Shown: one piece after another, positions 35,272 through 40,664 of the stretch
How the letters are laid out: the number at the start of each line of letters is the position of its first letter
How positions within the stretch are numbered: position 1 is the stretch's first letter
Source: Nitrososphaerales archaeon
GTDB lineage: Archaea > Thermoproteota > Nitrososphaeria > Nitrososphaerales > Gagatemarchaeaceae
DNA length: 40,664 nucleotides
Direction of reading: 5' to 3'
NCBI GenBank assembly: GCA_046703945.1
Contig: JBJKSN010000038.1
Location: forward strand, 1-40,664
The notes under the pieces: model-generated
Database searches by the model: none
Seen by the model: only the letters and a program-made list of their open reading frames with translations
Told to the model about the DNA's origin: nothing
Program-made: the position numbers and the translations under genes

Positions 35272-36242
35272 CTCGCCTGCCTCCGCTGTTCGGCCACATA
35301 GCAGGCGACGCTCTGCCCTGAGACGAGCTCTTTCAGCTCGGGTTGCCTGGTCCAACACTCGTCGATGGCGTAGGGGCACCTCGACGCGAAGCAGCAGCCC
35401 TTGGCTGCCCGGTCCTGCTGGGCGATTTCACCCTTGATCCCCTCCATGGACCTTGACCTATCCAGCGATGGAATCGAGTCGATTAGTCCCTGGGTGTATG
35501 GGTGGAGTGGCTTCCTGAAGATTTGCTCCGTGGGTCCGGTCTCCACCACGCGCCCGGCATACATCACGTAGGTCTTCATGGATGACTCCCGTGCTATGCC
35601 GAGGTTGTGCGTGATCAGGATAAGGCTCATCTTTTCCTCCTTGGTCAGGTCGGACAGCAGCGACAGGATTTCCTTCTGCGTCGTGACGTCGAGCGCCGTC
35701 GTCGGCTCGTCGGCAATCAGGAGGCTCGGCTTGCGCAGCAGGGCCATGGCTATCATGACGCGCTGGCGCATGCCGCCGCTGAGCTGGAAGGGGAACATGC
35801 GGAGTATCTTGCCATCCCCGTAGCACCGAGCCCCCTCCAGGGCAGATCTGATTCGGCTCGCCCGCCCTTCCTTAGTCTCCTTCCCATGGAGCGACCAGTT
35901 GAGGACGTCATTCATCTGGTCTCCCACTCGGAAAAGCGGATTGATGGACGACATGGGGTTCTGGAATATCATGGCGATGCGCTCCCGAGCGGCGGCTGCG
36001 CCTTCCTTGGTGAGCACGTCCGCGCCATCGAAGGATATGCTGCCGGAGTTGACCACGGCGTTCTTCGGGAGGACACCCATCACCGCCCTAGCCGTGAGGG
36101 TCTTGCCGCTTCCTGTCTCCCCTACTATGGCCACGGTCTCCGACCTGTCCAGCGTTAGTGAAACGTCGCTGAGGATTGGAAGGACCCGACCCTCGGCGCG
36201 AACCGAGAGGCTCAGCCCGCTGACTTCAAGGAAGGAGGTCAT
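35268..36242 (-). CDS. Opp/Dpp-type ABC ATP-binding protein (OppD-like), system 2
   Basis: Start at ATG 36242 (MTSFLEVSGLSLSV) overlaps the permease stop (ATGA). Walker A GETGSGKT, signature LSGGMRQRV, Walker B LIADEPTTALD. Confidence 0.9.
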   Translation of the reverse strand: MTSFLEVSGLSLSVRAEGRVLPILSDVSLTLDRSETVAIVGETGSGKTLTARAVMGVLPKNAVVNSGSISFDGADVLTKEGAAAARERIAMIFQNPMSSINPLFRVGDQMNDVLNWSLHGKETKEGRASRIRSALEGARCYGDGKILRMFPFQLSGGMRQRVMIAMALLRKPSLLIADEPTTALDVTTQKEILSLLSDLTKEEKMSLILITHNLGIARESSMKTYVMYAGRVVETGPTEQIFRKPLHPYTQGLIDSIPSLDRSRSMEGIKGEIAQQDRAAKGCCFASRCPYAIDECWTRQPELKELVSGQSVACYVAEQRRQAS

Positions 36243-37108
36243 ACCACCTTCACGTCGAATAGGTCTCTGATGCCGTTGCCTATCAAGTTGAAAGCGAGGA
36301 TGAGAAGGGTGAGGGCGATGCTGGGGAAGACCGGAATCCACCACTTCGTTGCGATGTAGCTCGAACCGGCTGCCACCATCACCCCGAGGTCAGGGGTGGG
36401 GGGGCGGACGCCGATGCCGAGAAAGCCCATGCCCGCCTCGATCAGGATGATGAAACCGGCGTCCAGCATCACCTTCGCGGAGAGGGTGGATGCGGCGTTG
36501 GGGAGGATTTCCCTGAACATTATCCTGAAGGCGCCGGCGCCCTGGACCCGCGCGGCCTCGACGTAGGGCTGGTTTTTGAGAGACTTCGTCAGGGTGAACA
36601 TGATGCGGGCATACCAGTTCCACCACAGGCTCAGGAGCGCGATAATCACGTCTTGGAGGCTAGGCCCCAGTATACCCGTGATTACCAGAGCGAAGATCAA
36701 CGCGGGGAGGGCGAGGAAGACGTCGGTGACCCGCTCCACCAACGCCTCGACCCAGCCGCCATAGTAGCCGGCGACCAGCCCCAGAGTGACGCCTAGCATG
36801 ACGCTGGGGATGAGGACCACAGCGGCGATGAAGAGCGATACTCGGAAGCCGAAGATGACGCGGGTGAAGACATCCCTCCCGACGTCGTCCGTCCCGAAGA
36901 GGTGAGTCAGAGACGGGTGGAGGAAAGCCTGGGCGAAGTTCGCGTAGGCCCCCACCTCATTGGGGTAGGGGGTGATGTAGGGAGCGAAGAGAGCCAGGAC
37001 GACCATGACAGCGAGCATCACCAGGCCCGCGAATGCCATCCGGTCGTAGGTGAGCCGCCTGAAGGACCTGACGAAATCCTGCCAGCGCGCGCTCGAGGCG
37101 TCGCTCAG
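36239..37108 (-). CDS. ABC transporter permease (OppC-like), system 2 (start inferred at CTG 37108)
   Basis: The track ORF starts at ATG 37039, right at the first TM helix. The in-frame upstream 23 codons read (L)SDASSARWQDFVRSFRRLTYDR, a typical OppC cytoplasmic N-terminus, with no canonical start. CTG 37108-37106 overlaps the oppB2 TGA (CTGA). C-terminal GNGIRDLFD. Confidence 0.85.
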   Translation of the reverse strand: MSDASSARWQDFVRSFRRLTYDRMAFAGLVMLAVMVVLALFAPYITPYPNEVGAYANFAQAFLHPSLTHLFGTDDVGRDVFTRVIFGFRVSLFIAAVVLIPSVMLGVTLGLVAGYYGGWVEALVERVTDVFLALPALIFALVITGILGPSLQDVIIALLSLWWNWYARIMFTLTKSLKNQPYVEAARVQGAGAFRIMFREILPNAASTLSAKVMLDAGFIILIEAGMGFLGIGVRPPTPDLGVMVAAGSSYIATKWWIPVFPSIALTLLILAFNLIGNGIRDLFDVKVV

Positions 37109-38121
37109 TGGCCCTCACCCAGCCGGATTCTTGGGTCTATGTAGCCGAGGCTCAGGTCGATGAGGAGGTTGAGCACCACATAGAACAGCCCTATGACCAG
37201 GACTGTCGCGACGATGGCGTTAAAGTCGTCGCTCTGCATCGCCGTGACCGCATAGGTGGACAAGCCGCCCCAACTGAAGACCTCCTCGACGAAGAAAGCG
37301 TTGGCGATGAGCGACGCATAGAGCAGCCCCAGCACCGTGAGGACCGGGATGAGGGCGCTCCGGAGGGCGTACTTGAAATCCAGGGCCAAGGACTTCGCAC
37401 CGAACGTCTTCAGAGCGAGATAGTAGTCTTCCTGTGTCTCGTCGAGCATGCCTGAGTAGGTCAGCTGCGCTATCTGCCCGATGCCTGCCAGCGAAAGGGC
37501 GATCTCTGGTAGGAGGAGATGCTCCGAAGTGCTCACGAAGGCGGGCCAGTTGCCGGTTAGCATGCTGTCGACCCAGAGCATCCCTGTGATGTGGGCAGGA
37601 GCAGGCCCGCTTATCTGACCTATGATCGCGTTGAAGTGGAACCAGTAGCTCGAGATTACCTGCAGTCCGAGTCCGACCGTGAACGGAGGTATGGCTATGC
37701 CTACCATCCAGAGGGCGCGGACCGCGCCTGAGAGGACCTTCCCTCTCCTCGAGGCGGCGATGACGCCGAGGGGTATGCCGATCAGTGCCGTGAGGACGAT
37801 CGATATGGTGATGAGCTCAAAGGTCGCCGGGAAGTGTATCTCGACGTCGTGGAGTACGTTCTGCTTGGTGACGAGGGACTGGCCCCACTGGCCATGGATG
37901 AAGTTCCAGAGCCAATAGAAGTACTGCTCATAGAGGGGTTTGTTGAGTCCCAGCTGCCTGTCGTAGGCGGCCACCTGGGCCGCGGTGGCATACGGACCCA
38001 ACGCGAGCCGGCCCGGGTCAGCAGGGAGGACGCGGGAGAGGTAGAAAATCACTAGTGAGAGTCCGACTAGTGTGACTAGGGCGAGCAGAGCCCTGCGAGC
38101 GACAAACTCGGCAAACCGCAA
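37105..38121 (-). CDS. ABC transporter permease (OppB-like), system 2
   Basis: 338 aa, TTG start. N-terminal FVARRALLALVTLVGLSLVIFYL, C-terminal DLSLGYIDPRIRL. Confidence 0.9.
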   Translation of the reverse strand: MRFAEFVARRALLALVTLVGLSLVIFYLSRVLPADPGRLALGPYATAAQVAAYDRQLGLNKPLYEQYFYWLWNFIHGQWGQSLVTKQNVLHDVEIHFPATFELITISIVLTALIGIPLGVIAASRRGKVLSGAVRALWMVGIAIPPFTVGLGLQVISSYWFHFNAIIGQISGPAPAHITGMLWVDSMLTGNWPAFVSTSEHLLLPEIALSLAGIGQIAQLTYSGMLDETQEDYYLALKTFGAKSLALDFKYALRSALIPVLTVLGLLYASLIANAFFVEEVFSWGGLSTYAVTAMQSDDFNAIVATVLVIGLFYVVLNLLIDLSLGYIDPRIRLGEGH

Positions 38122-38247
38122 TCCTTAGACCAAACTAAGGGGCGTTTGTTATTTAAGAGATTGGCCGGACTCGGCGGGGCCGGCAATCGCGGGCAATGGG
38201 CAGGTCGTTCAGGATAAATAGGCGACCAGGGCTGTCTCGACCGAGAA
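38122..38247. promoter_or_regulatory. divergent promoter region (oppB2 <-> DUF917 paralog 2)
   Basis: Minus-sense CTTAAATAAC (plus coordinates 38148-38157) is centred about 31 nt from TTG 38121. Plus-sense gGATAAATAgg (38213-38220) is centred about 31 nt from GTG 38248. Confidence 0.45.
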
Positions 38248-39330
38248 GTGCAAATCGGCCCAGACGAAATCGAGCGTATTGCCCTCGGCGCCGCATTCCT
38301 CGGGACCGGAGGAGGAGGCGACCCGTTTGTCGGAAAACTTCTCGCGCTCGACGCAGTCGACAGGTACGGGCCCGTGGAGTTGATTCAGCCGGAGGCCGTG
38401 CCGGATGAGGGCCTGGTCATACCATCGGCGATGATGGGGGCGCCGACTGTGATGGTCGAGAAGATTCCCAACGGCAGCGAGGGGATGCAGGCGCTGAAGT
38501 CCCTTCAGAGCAGGCTGGGGAAGAAAGCGTTCGCCATTTCTCCCATAGAGGAGGGCGGGATAAACTCGCAGATACCAATAGCCGTGGCCGCGAACCTCAG
38601 GCTGCCGCTGGTCGACTGTGACGGGATGGGGCGGGCGTTCCCGGAGCTTCAGATGGTGACGTTCACTCTCTATGGCATCACCGCGGCGCCCATGGTGATG
38701 GCTGACGAGAAGGGGAACGCGCTCCAGATGGACACGATAGACAACCTGTGGACCGAGAGGATAGCGAGGTCGGTCACGGTGCAGATGGGCGGTTCTGCCC
38801 TGATCGCCATTTACCCGATGGAGGGCCGCCGGCTGAAAGAGTCGTGTGTCAGAGGGTCGGTCACCCTAGCCATGCAGGTCGGCGGGATGATCGCTGAGGC
38901 GAGGGCCCATGGGTCCAATCCTGCTGAACGGATCATGGAGCGGATGAATAGCGTCGTCCTCTTCAAGGGGAAGGTGGTAGACATACTGAGACGGACGACA
39001 GCTGGGTTCGCGAAGGGCGAAGCTACCTTCGACGGGCTGGACGAATTCTCAGGGAAATCTCTCACAGTGAGGTTCCAAAACGAGAACCTCATGGCCACCA
39101 TGGATGGAAAACCTGTGGCGATGGTCCCAGACTTGATCTCAGTCCTCGACCTCGAGTCGGGGCTCCCTATGACCACGGAAGGGCTCAGGTATGGGAACAG
39201 GGCCCTCGTACTTGGGACCCCCTGCGACCCGAAGTGGAGGACTCCAGAGGGCATCAAACTGGTGGGGCCAAGATATTTCGGCTACGACTTTGACTACGTG
39301 CCGGTGGAGGAGCTGGTGAGCTCTAGATGA
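38248..39330 (+). CDS. DUF917-family protein, paralog 2
   Basis: 360 aa, GTG start. Blocks LGTGGGGDP, SPIEEGGINS, DCDGMGRAFPELQMVT, YPMEG, RYG. The stop overlaps the ATG of the next gene (ATGA at 39327-39330). Confidence 0.8.
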   Translation: MQIGPDEIERIALGAAFLGTGGGGDPFVGKLLALDAVDRYGPVELIQPEAVPDEGLVIPSAMMGAPTVMVEKIPNGSEGMQALKSLQSRLGKKAFAISPIEEGGINSQIPIAVAANLRLPLVDCDGMGRAFPELQMVTFTLYGITAAPMVMADEKGNALQMDTIDNLWTERIARSVTVQMGGSALIAIYPMEGRRLKESCVRGSVTLAMQVGGMIAEARAHGSNPAERIMERMNSVVLFKGKVVDILRRTTAGFAKGEATFDGLDEFSGKSLTVRFQNENLMATMDGKPVAMVPDLISVLDLESGLPMTTEGLRYGNRALVLGTPCDPKWRTPEGIKLVGPRYFGYDFDYVPVEELVSSR

Positions 39331-40664
39331 ACAAGTTCAGAATAGGGATCGACGTCGGCGGGACCCACACCGATGCCGTGATTCTCGACGAGGCGAACAA
39401 GCTGGTCGGGGCCGAGAAGGTCGACACCACCGCTGACGTCTCGACGGGGATAGACGACGCGCTTGCCGCGGTCCTCGCGAACAGCGAAATCGACAGGAAG
39501 AGCGTCGCCGCGGTGATGTTCGGGACCACTCACTGCACCAATGCCATCGTGGAGAGAAAGAAACTGGCCAGAGTGGGGCTGCTGAGGATCGGCAAGCCGG
39601 CGACCATGGGGATCAGGCCTCTCTACTCCCTCCCCGGAGACCTGCGGGCCGCCATAGGCGACATATGGGAGGTCATACATGGAGGGAACGAGTTCGACGG
39701 GAGGGAGATCTGGCCGCTGGACGAGGAGGGGGCCAGGCGGGCCGCGGAGCGATTCAGGAAGGAGGGTGTGGAGGCCGCGGCGGTGTCTGCCGTCTTTTCA
39801 CCGGTGAGCGCCACCCACGAGAAGCGCGCAGGGGAAATCCTGTCGGAGGTGCTCGGCAATGACGTCCAGGTCACGCTATCTCACGAGATAGCCAGCATCG
39901 GGCTGCTCGAGAGGGAGAACGCAACGGCGCTCAACGCCGCTTTGGTGAAGGTCGCCAACATGGCCTTCGACGGTTTCGTCCGGTCGGTGAAGACGTCAGG
40001 GCTGGACAAGGCGAACATCTTCCTTACGCAGAACGACGGCACCCTGATGAATGTAGCCTATGCGAAGAAGTATCCTGTGAAGACCATAGCGTCGGGCCCG
40101 ACCAACAGCATGAGAGGGGCCGCCTTCCTCACCGGCCTGACCGATGGGATCATCATAGACATCGGTGGGACGACCACCCTGGTCGGCGCTGTTGTGAAGG
40201 GATTCCCCAGAGAGTCCAGCGTGGCCGTCGAAATCGGCGGAGCGCGCACCAACTTCAGGATGCCCGACCTTCTGGCGGTGAGCTGCGGGGGCGGTACCGT
40301 AGTCACCCTGGAGGGCGGCCATGTGAAGGTGGGGCCCCAGAGCGTCGGATTCAGAATCGCCAAGGAGAGCGTGGCCTGGGGAGGGAAGACGCTCACCACC
40401 ACGGACGTCAGCTTAGGTCTCGGGAAGGCGAAGGTGGACGACCCTTCCTGCGACCCCGAGCGGGTCAGGAAGTCGCTTCCCGAGGAGGCGCTCAAGAAGG
40501 CACTCGACACAATAGTGTCCGTTGTGGAGGAGTCGGTCGACAGGGTGAAGACGTCTGCCCAGCCAGTCCCGGTCGTCCTCGTAGGCGGGGGAGGCATCTT
40601 CATCCCCCCTGAGTACTATCCGAAGTTCAGGGGCGCCCAGCGGGTGGACAGGCCGCCCCACTTC
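39327..40664 (+). CDS. hydantoinase/oxoprolinase A-type (HyuA-like, ASKHA-fold) ATPase, 3'-truncated by the window edge
   Basis: Not in the ORF track because it has no stop inside the window; translated by hand. It is open for 446 codons to the last base. MNKFRIGIDVGGTHTDAVILD... (phosphate-1 motif), ...IIIDIGGTTTLVG... (second ASKHA motif), ...VPVVLVGGGG. Confidence 0.85.
   Translation, partial: MNKFRIGIDVGGTHTDAVILDEANKLVGAEKVDTTADVSTGIDDALAAVLANSEIDRKSVAAVMFGTTHCTNAIVERKKLARVGLLRIGKPATMGIRPLYSLPGDLRAAIGDIWEVIHGGNEFDGREIWPLDEEGARRAAERFRKEGVEAAAVSAVFSPVSATHEKRAGEILSEVLGNDVQVTLSHEIASIGLLERENATALNAALVKVANMAFDGFVRSVKTSGLDKANIFLTQNDGTLMNVAYAKKYPVKTIASGPTNSMRGAAFLTGLTDGIIIDIGGTTTLVGAVVKGFPRESSVAVEIGGARTNFRMPDLLAVSCGGGTVVTLEGGHVKVGPQSVGFRIAKESVAWGGKTLTTTDVSLGLGKAKVDDPSCDPERVRKSLPEEALKKALDTIVSVVEESVDRVKTSAQPVPVVLVGGGGIFIPPEYYPKFRGAQRVDRPPHF

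Noticed and set aside
1-40664. Searched for mobile elements, integrases, toxin-antitoxin pairs, restriction or defence genes, CRISPR repeats, and rRNA/tRNA genes.
   Set aside because: None was recognisable. Every sizeable ORF is accounted for by metabolic, transport or regulatory families, and the intergenic gaps are short (264 nt or less).

Overview
This is a GC-rich archaeal chromosome segment. The archaeal call rests on AroA'/AroB'-type entry into the shikimate pathway, a GHMP-type shikimate kinase, a LysW/LysX carrier-protein system, an AsnRS-like asparagine synthetase, TATA boxes about 25-35 nt upstream of operon-leading start codons, and membrane-anchored solute-binding proteins with Ser/Thr-rich linkers. 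Left half (0.4-20.7 kb): a near-complete aromatic amino-acid gene set. trpEGDCFBA (+) converges on a long minus-strand operon, lysC-asd-aroA'-aroB'-aroD-aroE-aroK-aroA-aroC-(chorismate mutase::aminotransferase fusion)-tyrA. This is followed by an Lrp regulator divergent from an AsnRS-like asparagine synthetase, then pheA. Middle (20.9-22.4 kb): a LysM-like Lrp regulator, a 56-aa lysW that the ORF track misses, and lysX with a disrupted 5' end. Right half (22.5-40.7 kb): an accessory-looking uptake/catabolic block with two Opp/Dpp-type ABC importers, two anchored family-5 binding proteins, an acetamidase/formamidase, a nitroreductase coupled to a small helical protein, two diverged DUF917 paralogs, and a HyuA-type hydantoinase/oxoprolinase ATPase that runs off the 3' edge. 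I saw no rRNA, tRNA, CRISPR array, transposase or integrase. Most worth a second look: (1) the DUF917/HyuA-like/formamidase/nitroreductase/dual-importer block, as a candidate undescribed cyclic-amide or N-compound utilisation system; (2) gene junctions where the homology-supported N-terminus starts at a CTG overlapping the upstream stop (CTGA) with no canonical start available; (3) the chorismate mutase-aminotransferase fusion and the dedicated lysC-asd at the head of the aro operon; (4) the orphan lysW-lysX pair with a one-base frame problem. All family assignments come from reading motifs by eye. No database or HMM search was run, and start codons are inferred.
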